64,000 bases of DNA from Laetmonice hystrix (lineage: Eukaryota), in NCBI GenBank assembly GCA_965235115.1, contig OZ249437.1:5828001-5892000 (forward strand), read 5' to 3'. The notes beneath the pieces were generated by a model. That model was not told the DNA's origin and ran no database searches. It saw nothing but the letters and a program-made list of their open reading frames with translations. Below, piece after piece: positions 40,466 through 53,233 of the stretch. Both the position numbers and the translations under genes were made by a program. Position 1 is the stretch's first letter. Every line of letters starts with the position of its first letter.

Positions 40466-42262
40466 TAACAGCCTGCCTGGCACAGCGCAGAATTTCAATA
40501 TAGATCTCGTCTACCTGGAATTATTTATTCTACGGATTGAAATGACATCACAATAGTATCTTGTGTCGTCTACATTATTAGGTTCATCTTCTTATCTCAG
40601 TTCTGAGATGCAGGAAGAAATATCATATATCATATATCAAATATATCATATATCATATATCAAAACCTTTGATCTGAAATGATATTGGTAAGCTTCATAA
40701 CATCTCATACAGGCTACTCGAGTATCATCTGGGATGCTCACCAATACACATATAATCTCTTTGGACAGAGTAATTGCCGCAGTTTGCGATCCCCGAGCGA
40801 AGTGCAAAGCAAAGCCGAGTTGATCTGCACACTGCCGACGTCAATCTGGCAAAGGTTGTAGTGGATGAAGGTATAGTACCCCCAGCTCGACGATAAAGTA
40901 GAACGGGTGACAAGGACTTCTCCCGGTGCTGACAGACGGCTGGCCCCGGTCACGTATACGGTAGGGTGGGATGGGGGTCGGGGTGGGCGTGGGGTGTATA
41001 GGCGGGGGTCCAGAATCCACCCCCTGACGTCAGCACAGCATACGTCAAGGCGAAATGTGGACATGGAATACGGAGACCCTCTATACTGGTCAATAAATAA
41101 CTCTCACAATCAACTGTTCACATTACCCTTGTGTAAACCCCGTGAACACTGTCTGCCCAGCTACACAGGTGCATGATTTTCCTAATGCGTATAATGGCTG
41201 TACTACATTCTATGTCGTTCTATCAAGATCTGAAATTTATGTTAAGTCGTGAGGAATCGTGATAAAATCAGGGTTTGACCTACGATACAGTCCCGATTTG
41301 AGCTTTTCCCCCGACCAATGCCGATTGTTTTGAACAGTTCAAAATTGTCGGGGTGCAATCGTGGCCTATCCCGACCTATGAGGATCTATCAAGACTACTC
41401 TACGACCGAGTTTGGACCTTTCCCGATTCTACACGATTTATCAGATCGTGACACGTCGAAGCCGGCTTCGGTGGGATTGAGGCTTTAGGCTTAGTGTTGA
41501 AGTAGGCATTGTCCCAAGTAATATTAGACTAGTAATCAAATATACACCCCGTATAAACATAGCAGACGAAGATTAAACAGGATGAATCCATTCTCAGGAT
41601 AACCCGCCGTACACTGTCACGACTTTGTCCAACTCCCGACTGACCTCCGTATACACTGTCACGATTATCTGCCCCCGACCCGTCCAGTGTGGCCGCCCAG
41701 GGCCGACCACGGTTGACCGTAATCGGGAAGCAAGCCCACTAGGTGACCTATTGAGTTATTGAGTTTACTACTAATTTATACCTAGTTAACTAATAGTTAA
41801 CCAGGAGTTTATAGCCATTAAACTATGGGGAGTCCTCCAGGGAAATTCCCATTGATTAGGAAATGATTCCTTGAATCCGCTGTCTCAAATGCAACACACA
41901 CACTGCAGAAGACATGGCTGCTCCCAAAAAAGCGGTCAGGTGGACCCAAGAAGCAATTATTCGCCTGTCAGATACTGTTATCAACGAAAGACCAGCTTTC
42001 TTGCATGCGAAGAAGAAGGGAAATGTTTTCTAGGACAAAAGCTGCCAGAGCTAGTAACATTGGAACAAACAACATGGCTGTTATTGCTCAGTTTAACTTG
42101 ACTGAAACATCTGTCCACCCAGCCCAGTTAACCCTTGGACATTCATACATTTGACCTCACTCCCACTGTCCTAATGTTGGTCAACTGCCACCGAGCCGCC
42201 TGGTTCCCGATTCGTTTTTCTTAATTGGCTACCATTTGCTCCAACTGCAGCAGTCGGGAGCG

Positions 42263-42480
42263 CTCTCCCGACTGGTTCCCGTCTCTCCCGACTGGTTCCC
42301 GTCTCTCCCGACTGGTTCCCGTCTCTCCCGACTGGTTCCCGGCTCTCCCGACTGGTTCCCGGCTCTCCCGACTGGTTCCCGGCTCTCCCAACTGGTTCCC
42401 GGCTCCCCCGACTGGTTCCCGGCTCTCCCGACTGGTTCCCGGCTCTCCCGACTGGTTTCCGGCTCTCCAGACTGGTTTCC
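42263..42480. repeat. 20-bp minisatellite, about x11
   Basis: Unit tctcccgactggttcccggc. Confidence 0.95.
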
Positions 42481-42758
42481 AACTCAGAGTTGGTCAGAGT
42501 TTGAAGCTTACGAAGATTATCTTCTTCCTAATATCACATGTTCGTCAAATTTCTGTCAGGTCCTTCTGTTCCCATGTGAGATATGATCACTGTCACTTAC
42601 TAGTATACTAAATCTGGCCTGGTTTGTTTGCTCTTCTAAGTGTCAGTACTTAATTAGTGGAACACTAATCCCCACGCTGTGCACACTCTTCATCTATGCG
42701 ACAGCTAGAATTGATTTAGGCCCGAATACTCAAGCAGAACAAGCAATCTGACTATTAA

Positions 42759-43104
42759 AGGAAATATCTCACGAATGTCAAGTCATACGTGGCGGTTCAC
42801 AAAAAATATATCTACTGCAGTTCTCCGATATAATCCAAAGCTCCCTACCTTAATTTCTATACAGACATCTAAAAATGCTAAAAAACGCCAAATCATATTT
42901 CAGTCTGTGAAAATGACGTACTTGGCTTGCGAGACACCGAGAAATGTTTTTGATATTCCTCCATCAGGGATAATTTCACAGCTGTCTACTCATAGGATGT
43001 GTTAACAGAATCAGTGTAAGAAACATTCAGTGCCATAGAGTACGTCAGTGGTGAGGAGGCGAGCATAAATCTGAAGATTCCGGTCGAGGGGTGATACAAT
43101 CCCT
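42759..43104. mobile_element. Non-autonomous Kolobok-like element
   Basis: TTAA|AGG...CCT|TTAA with imperfect TIRs (aggaaatatctcac / gtgatacaatccct). Confidence 0.55.
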
Positions 43105-44886
43105 TTAAGATGATTAACGTTTGACAAGTTCATGTCTATTGCCTTCGTATGACAATGACATAATCAACCACCATGAATATATTATTGTGTTCCGACTGCA
43201 GCGAAATATCAGCTAGAAACTGATATAGTCACGCTCTGTCTAACCGGGTGGCTAGTCGGCACGGCACCATGGTTTAGGGGTCCATAAAGGGGCGCTGGTC
43301 GTAGCACTTCTCGTCCTGAAAAGTGGTCACATGGACTTGTGACCGACCTGGCGAACCATTCCTCTTGACCAATGCGTGCTGGACTGTCAATATGTATCGT
43401 AGGCTTGGCGGCATAACGGATAAGAGTAGTCAAATAAGCCGGAATGTAATCTGGCCTATCCTGTGTGACAGGAGTGTGGTCATAACTGAAGCTGCCTGGT
43501 CGTTTGGGCCTCGTACACAAACGGCTTGTCCCCCTGGCAACAGAGCAATGCTATTTGTCAACTTTAGTACCGGACCGCATTAAAACTTGACAGCGAATGT
43601 TTCACATCTCCTGTCATCATTAATGGGGTTTGACATGGAAGACATTCCTGACAGGTAATCTAGTAAATCCTGCCGTGTGAGACCTGAATGTGGTACGGCG
43701 GTGTCATAAAACAACACTCTTGTCTTGGCGGATGTTGTCTGAGTCAAATAAATCCCTCCGACTTATACGTGAATCCACTGTCTTTGCAAACAAATCGACA
43801 CATTACCAGACAAGTGCTTAAACTCGAAACACTGTGGGTTAGTTACCCTGCCAAGTTTTAATCAGGCTACGAGGAATGGGATAAAATTAGCATTGTAGAT
43901 TTCCAGGGATCCAAACTAACCTTACGACTTCGCATTTGTCTCTATGAAGAAGAGCTCAATATGCAACGACCACATAAAAGTCGTATCTGAAGCCACCCTC
44001 CTAAGCTAATGAAGCGATGATCGCCCATCATGTCTGCACATGACTACTTGACGACTGATCAATACTACAAAAACTTAGTCCATAAAGAAGACCTGTGGCA
44101 AACACACGTACACAACTCTAATGGGTCCTAATTTTTATCTTGGTCAATTACGAAGACAATCTTTGGGTGGATTAGGAGCGGGTATCGCGACCATTAACGA
44201 CGTCGTTAACAACGACTCGATGCCATGATCCATGAAGGACTGCGGTACTTCACACAATACCAACGACGCCGGCTTAGGGCCAGCCTTTCTTTAATCCTTC
44301 CGCAGAGCCTCCATTATAATGAGGAAAAGTTGGCAAAGTGACACGAGGACAATGGGCGTCCAACTCCATGTGACGAGGGAAACAATAGCGTGTCCCGACC
44401 AATAGAACTCCACGTCCCTGAGGTGTTCTAGTTGTATACCAATGGTGCCTTTAGTCCCGTCCACTGCCAGTTCAATCGCCCCCAGTAACATGGGTCTGGG
44501 TGCCTGGGTCCCATGCTCCCTGTCCAGTCTATCCTGCTGGTGGAGCGCGCCAATTCCAGCCCCACCACCCCAACCACCACCCCCACCACCACCCCCACCA
44601 CCCCCGACTGACACTCGCCAATCTAATGGTCACTAATCTGATCAGAAAAACACCCGGTCTCCAGACAAGCCTGCCTCAAATGTCTAAATGACTCGCGACA
44701 CTTTGGTGCAATGTGAACTGAAATCGGGAGTGGGTCGGCCTTGTATGCTAGTTGGGGACCAGTAATTGGATTTCCCCGACAGTCAAAGTCTTGGCAGCCA
44801 ATGGTGTCACCCAATTCCAATGTGAAGGTGACCGGAGACTTGGGTATACAGTAAATGGCCCCTGTGGGGGCCATACGACTGCGTAT

Positions 44887-45476
44887 TTGTAGATTACAGG
44901 GACTAGCTGGTACTGTTGTTATTATTAGCTGGACTTGATTCGGTTAACGAACATTCGTTCTGTCCTCGAGATCAGTTGTAGATTTCAGGGACTAGTTGGA
45001 CTTGATTCAGTTAACGAACATTAGCTCTGTCCTCGAGATCAGTTGTAGATTTCAGGGACTAGCTGGTACTGTTGTTATTATTAGCTGGACTTGATTCAGT
45101 TAACGAACATTCGTTCTCTCCTCGAGATCAGTTGTAGATTTCAGGGACTAGCTGGCCCTGTTATTATTAGCTGGACTTGATTCAGTTAACGAACATTCGT
45201 TCTCTCCTCGAGATCAGTTGTAGATTTCAGGGACTAGCTGGCCCTGTTATTATTAGCTGGACTTGATTCAGTTAACGAACATTCGTTCTCTCCTCGAGAT
45301 CAGTTGTAGATTTCAGGGACTAGTTGGCACTGTTATAATTAGCTGGACTTGATTCAGTTAACGAACATTCGTTCCCTTCTTTAGATCAGTTGTAGATTAC
45401 AGGGACTAGCTGGACTTGATTCAGTTAACGAACATTCGTTCTGTCCTTGAGATCAGTTGTAGATTACAGGGACTAG
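44887..45476. repeat. About 86-89-bp tandem repeat with shorter variants, about x7-8
   Basis: ttgtagatttcagggactag...ttcagttaacgaacattcgtt...gagatcag recurs. Confidence 0.93.
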
Positions 45477-45965
45477 GGAGCTTGCAATAGAGCAAAGCCA
45501 ACGACCCTTGAATGCCAAAGCCTCAACACGGACACGGTACTGGGAGACTCCACCCAAAAGTTCAGTTAACACCCCCCCCCCTACAAATCCGGATTTTAAA
45601 AGACCTACTCCATGGCTACCCGTTAAAGTCCTTCGACTCCCCCTCCTCCCAAAAGTGAAATCCTCTACTGACAATTCGCTACTATAAATCATACTGGTTG
45701 ACTCGTCTCATACCGGCTTGGTCGGGTTTCCCAATAAGAAGTATATGGAAAGTGTTTCTTTCCTCAGGCAAGAACTTGTTTGAGTACCACGTGACGGTCA
45801 GTCCTGGTCCTCCCGGTGGAAAGTTTCTTTCTCACTTCATCCTAATCACTGGGAAGCACGTGTACAACACGTGACTGAGAGAACACGTATTAAACGTGAT
45901 GTTCTCAGCCTGAATATAAATGAAATACTGCCGACAGGGGGTAAACCCTTAAATTCACTCACTTG

Positions 45966-46057
45966 TAATGCCCGATGCACACTACACGATTTTCAGTCGG
46001 GGATCGGCTATCTGAGCAATCGCCGACTGACAGTCGTGTAGTGTGCACTGGGCATTA
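45966..46057. mobile_element. Short Harbinger-like MITE
   Basis: taatgcccgatgcacactacacga ... tcgtgtagtgtgcactgggcatta inverted ends with TAA/TTA termini. Confidence 0.7.
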
Positions 46058-48330
46058 TTCTGCTAGTCACGCTCGCAGCCATATCAACATCATCGTGACG
46101 CTGTAAGTCATGGACGGTATAGACACTGATCAAATATTCGCTACTATTCTCGATTCATCAAATACCTTGCCCAACCCACAATAGTATACGTTGTTTTCCA
46201 AGAAGATTGCATGTATACTGAAATACTGCCGACAAAGCGTAGTAAAAGTCCACCCCAACACAACACTACCAAGGTCGGTGTATAGGAGCGTCATTCTCTG
46301 AACACCTGAGTGCCTGGCTGGCGAGGGCCATTTGTACATCGTATGGTCAGGCTGACTCCGAAGAATGGGCCAGTTGGGGAGTAGCTCCGGTAACAGGGCG
46401 CCACTTCCGACAAGCTACTGCTATAAAGACACAGCGCCGTCACCTGTGCCCAGGGGCTGCCGTCTCAATGCTACTAATTCAGCAGGAAACGGAGCCATTG
46501 GGCGGTTGGCCTGGGAGCCTCCCTATTGACACCCCGCTGGCCGCTCTGTCGATTGACAAGGTTCTATGGTGGTGAAGATTGCCCCGCATCAGGTTGAAGG
46601 CCATTAACAATCGGTCAGTGCCGGCCATGAACGCAGCATCCGGGCGACCCAAGGGTCACCCGCCGGTCCTCTTCAGCAGAAAAAGGAGGCGCTCTGCTGC
46701 TTTACAATGCAAAACCTTTTAAACCCCTAAAAGGCGACTGCTCTCTGTTCTATGGCCAATGCGTTATTGTCAAGAGTTTCACAGGGTTCTACTCTCCAGG
46801 TGAACGATGAAATGCTTGCCGGTCATCTCCAGCCATAATCCATTTTCCGTACCTTTTTTTCCCGACAACCCTGGCGTGATAGACTGACCATCTCCGGTCT
46901 TCCGATACTGAGGTCAAAGCTATGTCAGCGCCTAGCATTCCAACAGCTAGAAGAGCTGTCTGAAGAGAAGGCCCTAAATCCAAATGAGCCATGTCTAACC
47001 ATGATGTGTCCTCCCCTGTTATCCTGTGATAGTCAGTCCATTGGCCTGGGCTCACCCCTGTCACTAAACCCTAATCCTGCCTAAATCGTGCCGCAAGAAC
47101 GACTCAAGTATAGAATCCCCCTGAAGGCATCATAATAAACTTCCTCTCGACAATGAACCTAAAGTATTCTAAATGCATCTCCTTGTCTGTCTGTCGCTCT
47201 CCCCCTGTCACTCTCTCCAGGTTGTCTTTCTTCCCATTGTCCCTCTCTCTCCCTCTCTCTGCGTCTCCCTCTCTGTCTGTCTCTCTCTGCCTGTCTCTGG
47301 CTCTCCCTCCCTGGCAACAGTTCCCATATCCTGCGCCATAATTTCCGACCACCATGTTTAATTTATGAACACCTGAGGCAGAAGTATCATCTTTAAAGCT
47401 TTAAAACAAAATGTCACAATGGAGTTACTTTGCAATAGGTTTTGGGATTATCAAATCAGTCGTATTCTAGTTCCATTAGTTAACATAAAAGGAACAAAAT
47501 GTCTCATTTGTTCAAAGGCTTGAGGACTTCGTAGCCTTTTCATCTGAAGCTTTGAAAGGGTTAGAGTACTGAGGGAATCGTATTACTGACGTTTGACCGA
47601 AGTTATTTTGTGTACCGTTAATATTCTATATGTGGGCCACATGTAACGTTATTCCACCATGCAGTGAACTACTGAGATATTGTATTCGTCAGTCTCACTC
47701 TCGTGCTTCATGGCCAAATTGGGCATGACACACTCGATCTTTTCCTCCGCCAGGCAATATCCACGGAATGTAAATACACTCTATGATCTATCTTGACAGA
47801 GTTTATATTTACCTCCAGGCAGTTCTAAACAAAGTGTTGTGACTATGTTATCACCTTCAACCTTTCAACGTTCTCCTTAGAAGTCATTTTCCCTTAACAC
47901 TAAAATAATATGGTCGCCTTTTGGGAAAGCCTTCGCGGATCCCATTCGTGTTTTACGGTTCTCAGTTCTCAAAGTCAACTCCTGTTTGACAACAAATGCT
48001 GCACCCTGTTCGTTCATTTCAACTTCGATTTCAAATGATGTGAAAATCTACTTTGGATTTGACGGTGGAGATGGGGAACGGGAGACTGCCTTCTGTTTGC
48101 TCTGGAGAGATATAATGATGTGCACTCAGCTCATCTCGATTCCCGCACCTCATTCTAATTAACACCACCACCAACTGAGGGTTTCAATATGACATTCATA
48201 GTGAGCGAGGTAAGTCGGCCAATTGGACAAATATATGTTGATAGGGGTTGGCCAGGCCTCAGGTGGAGACGCCTGGCATGCCATACCTGCTACTTCCGGT
48301 GGCTTCCCACGCCACCTGCACAATCTCTCT

Positions 48331-49151
48331 CTCTGAATCCTTGACCTCAGTCCTCTTTACAAATCTTCCAACTCTTCCTCGACTTGTTTGTTGGTGGTGG
48401 GTTGTCGTGGGCCAAACTCTGAATCCTTGCCCTCAGTCCTCTTTACAAATCTTCCGACTCTTCCTCGACTTGTTTGTTGGTGGTGGGTTGTCTTGGGCCA
48501 AACTCTGAATCCTTGACCTCGGTCCTCTTTACAAATCTTCCAACTCTTCCTCGACTTGTTTGTTGGTGGTGGGTTGTCGTGGGCCAAACTCGGAATCCTT
48601 TACCTCAGTCCTCTTTACAAATCTTAAAACTCTTCCTCGATTTGTTTGTTGGTGGTGGGTTGTCGTGGGCCAAACTCTGAATCCTTCACCTCAGTCCTCT
48701 TTACAAATCTTAAAACTCTTCCTCGATTTGTTTGTTGGTGGTGGGTTGTCGTGGGCCAAACTCGGAATCCTTGACCTCAGTCCTCTTTACAAATCTTAAA
48801 ACTCTTCCTCGATTTGTTTGTTGGTGGTGGGTTGTCTTGGGCCAAACTCTGAATCCTTGACCTCAGTCCTCTTTACAAATCTTAAAACTCTTCCTCGATT
48901 TGTTTGTTGGTGGTGGGTTGTCGTGGGCCAAACTCTGAATCCTTCACCTCAGTCCTCTTTACAAATCTTAAAACTCTTCCTCGATTTGTTTGTTGGTGGT
49001 GGGTTGTCGTGGGCCAAACTCTGAATCCTTCACCTCAGTCCTCTTTACAAATCTTAAAACTCTTCCTCGATTTGTTTGTTGGTGGTGGGTTGTCGTGGGC
49101 CAAACTCTGAATCCTTGACCTCAGTCCTCTTTACAAATCTTCCAACTCTTC
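48331..49151. repeat. 86-bp tandem repeat, about x9.5
   Basis: Unit ctctgaatccttgacctcagtcctctttacaaatc...ttgtcgtgggccaaa. Confidence 0.97.
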
Positions 49152-49527
49152 AAACCTTCAATTCGGTTAGACACACTTTTCTATGTGCTGTTCCCACCGA
49201 CACTCGAGGTACAGTGAGGACCGATGTTTGGTGACAAACTGTGCACCATCTGTACACGGGCGGGCAGCCATACAGACACAGATAATTGAGGGCAATAGTG
49301 GGCTAAGTCGATTTTCGTCATTTTTAAGTGACAGTGACATTGAGCAGTTAGTTATATGTATGTCTAATGCCGATCGTCCTGTGGTTCATTGGTTCATCGC
49401 CCGATTAATTTCATTGGCTCTTCAAGTCAATGCCCGGTCAACGATTTTGGCAACAACCAGACATAAGCCGATCATTTGATTGCAACAACATCAGGCAACT
49501 GGAATGTTGAATTTCATTAGATTTCAC

Positions 49528-50008
49528 CATTTCTGTGGGTATACATCGTTAGTTACCGTTACCGTCCCATTTCTGTGGGTATACATCGTTAGTTACCGTT
49601 ACCGTCCCATTTCTGTGGGTATACATCGTTAGTCACCGTTACCGTCCCTTACAGTCTATACATCGTTAGTTACCGTTACCGTCCCATTTCTGTGGGTATA
49701 CATCGTTAGTTACCGTTACCGTCCCATTTCTGTGGGTATACATCGTTAGTTACCGTTACCGTCCCATTTCTGTGGGTATACATGGTTAGTTACCGTTACC
49801 GTCCCATTTCTGTGGGTATACATCGTTAGTTACCGTTACCGTCCCATTTCTGTGGGTATACATGGTTAGTTACCGTTACTGTCCCATTTCTGTGGGTATA
49901 CATCGTTAGTTACCGTTACCGTCCCTTACAGTCTATACATCGTTAGTTACCGTTACCGTCCCATTTCTGTGGGTATACATCGTTAGTTACCGTTACCGTC
50001 CCTTACAG
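49528..50008. repeat. 40-bp minisatellite, about x12
   Basis: Unit catttctgtgggtatacatcgttagttaccgttaccgtcc. Confidence 0.97.
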
Positions 50009-51503
50009 TTTATGTCCGACCATATCATCACAGACTGACTCCCGTAATACCTAAACATTTCCATCGGTCTCTTGTGCTCTGCTGTTTTTCCTATACACGT
50101 CTTTCTGCACTATCAAAGCAACATTTCCTGACTATTCTGTGCTGTACTTATCTCCTATAATTTAGATCTATCCTGCGCGTTTCATCTTTCCATTCAGCGA
50201 CCTACCTGAGCCTACATGTTTCCAAGAGACACTGAGTAGAAAACAACAAAGCTGTGATAATTACGACCGTCTCTAAAAGCCCCGCCTTGTTACCGTCTAT
50301 TACCTTAGTCAGTAAGCATGCAGCACCGAGTTGTGAAGCACCATTACTTTGTGATAGCTTTTGTTCCTCATGGCGACAGAACTCCTATTAATCGTAAAAC
50401 GCCTGTCTCTACATCCTATTTCCACATATGATTCGCCGCAGAAACAAAATGTTGGTTCTTTATTGGACTTTGTGTAATTCCATATGATTCATTGCCTGCT
50501 ATAGAAACTCTCCAAACGGTTATTAATGATGAACAATGTCCGTAGTTAGTGAAGCACTGTTCCTTCCCATTCTGGGCAATGTTCGTGTAGGAACTTTAAG
50601 ATACTTTTCGAGGCTGCCACTCAGACAGGCGTGTGTCTGACGTGGTATAATGATCATCATACTGTACAGTTTGTCACATGGTCGCCACAATGACTCCCTC
50701 TCTACTCCTTCACAGCAACTCGTCTAAATGAGCTCTAGTTGTCACGTAATCTAATTCTCTATTGATCCACAACTATCACGTCAACATGAACAAACATCAA
50801 GTCTGGGCTCCAATTTCCTTCCCTGTCACAGCATTTTATTCTGGTTTCCCCAAATCTCCACCCAAGTAATTTATCAGTGACAGAATGACTTCCGCCAAAG
50901 GGGCTCTGATAAACGTATGTGCGTTACGACAGTTTATCATGTCTCCGGTTTATCGGCCTCGAGCAGTCAAAACCAATAGTTCACTCACAAATGGTGGTCA
51001 ACCTCAAAGCAATGTTAACATAGCCGCAGTCTCCACTAAATCCTAACGGGTTGAGCTTTCAATCTATGTCCCTAGACTTGCATGCCATTACATTATCTGA
51101 TAAGGCTCAGCCTGTAGCGGCTCGCTCCGAAATAATTTCCTTTCCATTCAATTCACAGAAAATGCTTTAGGTATCGCAGCCATGTTATATTATTAGGATG
51201 TTTTCTTTATGTGGAGAATGTGATGGCATTGATACGCTCTAAACGAACAGACTGAATTTTCATGAAGTCTGTTACCGTTTTGCACCTCAACACCTCAACC
51301 GATTTCAACACAATACAGTCATTCAACAAAATGGGATGAGAGTAATCAATTCACCGAAAAACAACCAATTTTCATAAAGCTTATCGCTTATCAAATTCCT
51401 GGGCCGAATGAAACCGCGGTCTGCCATAAAACGCTACCTGACTGGTTGGCTTATCACAGGGAATCCAGGATTGTTGTAGGTCAGAAAGAAGCTGCTATCT
51501 CAC

Positions 51504-51599
51504 CTTGGTTTGTGGCCCCCTGGCCACGAAGAAATAGGTCATAACATTCCAAGTGAGGAAGACGACGAGGACACAGAAGGTTACAGAGCGTCTCTTCAT
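51504..51599 (-). CDS. MGAT1: MGAT1-like (GnT-I) first coding exon: cytoplasmic tail plus type II signal anchor
   Basis: The reverse strand reads ATG-MKRRSVTFCVLVVFLTWNVMTYFFVARGPQTK, then AAG|GTGAGA (phase 0 donor). A strong acceptor (ccttttgtttcag|) puts the exon start at 51647. The basic N-terminus and hydrophobic F-x-x-W-N...FF segment match my recall of human MGAT1 (ILFVAWNALLLLFFWTRP). Identity is from motif recall and needs BLASTP. Confidence 0.75.
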
Positions 51600-52779
51600 G
51601 GCCTGCAACCGCTGTGACTGCTACCGCTGCTCCCCCAGCCAGAACATCTGAAACAAAAGGCGCACGGCTCCTTAGACTGTGGGGGCGACATTTCACTGGC
51701 GTCTCTAATTGGAAAATGGCGTTTTCGGTTCTTTCAACCACATTACGACTCCCCGTGGACATCACTGTCCACTTAACCGCCAGGCGCACATGTCGGAAAG
51801 GCGCTCACATTTACAAAACCTGCATCAACTTTTTCCTACTGTAGAATGCACTCTATGGAAACGATGTAATCTACAAAAAAGAAATCCTTCATGGCACTGC
51901 TCACAAGGACACTGTTGCCAAGGGCAATGTGATGGCGCTCCCTTTCAGCAGCTGGGGCCCCATCTCCTAAACTACTGCTGGCACCAGCAAAGAACCTGGT
52001 CCCTTTTATAACACAAGATGCATTCACCATTCACTGCATCACAATGAACACATCTTGTGGCACTCACACAGGCTTTAGTAAATATGAACCCATTACCGAG
52101 AACGTATCATACATTGCCATCTAAGGACATTAGTCTAAAACATTACTGCATGTACCCCAAATATATATAAGGCATCGCTCCATTGATTCCCTACATCCAC
52201 ACCGGCAATAGGAGCGTCGCCTTGAAAATCTATTCTTAAACACACTGACACCGCATCTGTTTGAGGTAGACATTTCACATGAACATTGTTTCACAGCATA
52301 CCACCATCGATTGGGCGAACCTCTGCCCTTTCACCGTCTGCGGTAGTGTGCTGGGAGGGCGGCATGTGGCGGGCACCACACACCGCGCCATGTGCACCCA
52401 TGTGGCGGGACACGTGGCTAAGTCCATTCAATTGTCGAGTTGGCAAACGACAGCGAACAGTAGGAAAAACCCAATCGACACAGACCGAGTCACACCCACT
52501 GACCCTCATATCAGCCTCACAACCTGAGCCCGCGCGTCGCATGTAATCCACGAATGATTCAAATCTGTACGGACGTAATTAGATCCCACTTCATCCCGTC
52601 TTACGGTTTCTTTACATCTATAATTTTATTATGACACAAGTATGGCTTCGATAAATAGCAGGAACAAAGACTTTTTTCAAGTGTATTTTGTCCTCTTTCC
52701 TCGGAATTCAAGTACTTGATGATGGTAGCATATCTTTGTAAAATATATTGACATGCAAGCACAGTGGTAAGTAAAAAAC

Positions 52780-53190
52780 TAAAGCCTTGTACACAATGTA
52801 GCATTTTGTAGCATTACACATTTGTGGCAGCGGGAACGGCAGCGGCAACGGCCATGCGGCAATGAGTGTACACATATAATGGTGAAACTTCGGCCGGTGT
52901 GTACTGCTCTTGAGAGATCTAGGCCTACATACTCCATATCTTACGCAACTGTGGGGCATTGCCGGACGGTCTGCATGCGGTGACGGCAAAAAATCGCTTC
53001 TCGAGCGATTTGAACTATTGGCGGATAGTCGGACTGCGGCATGGCAAATAGTCGGATAGTCGTATTGCCGTTACCGTACGCATGTGTACACATTCACTGG
53101 ATTTCATTTTGGCGATATTTTTGGCCACTGCCCTATTGCCGCATTATCGTTGCCGTTGCCGCAAAAACGCTACATGTGTTCACAGCTTTA
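52780..53190. mobile_element. Harbinger-like MITE of about 410 bp
   Basis: taaagccttgtacacaatgtagc ... gctacatgtgttcacagcttta. The interior contains ggcaac/gttgcc sub-inverted repeats. Confidence 0.6.
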
Positions 53191-53233
53191 ACGGTGAAAC
53201 TTCGGCCCGTGTGTACTGCTCTTAAAGCTGTTT

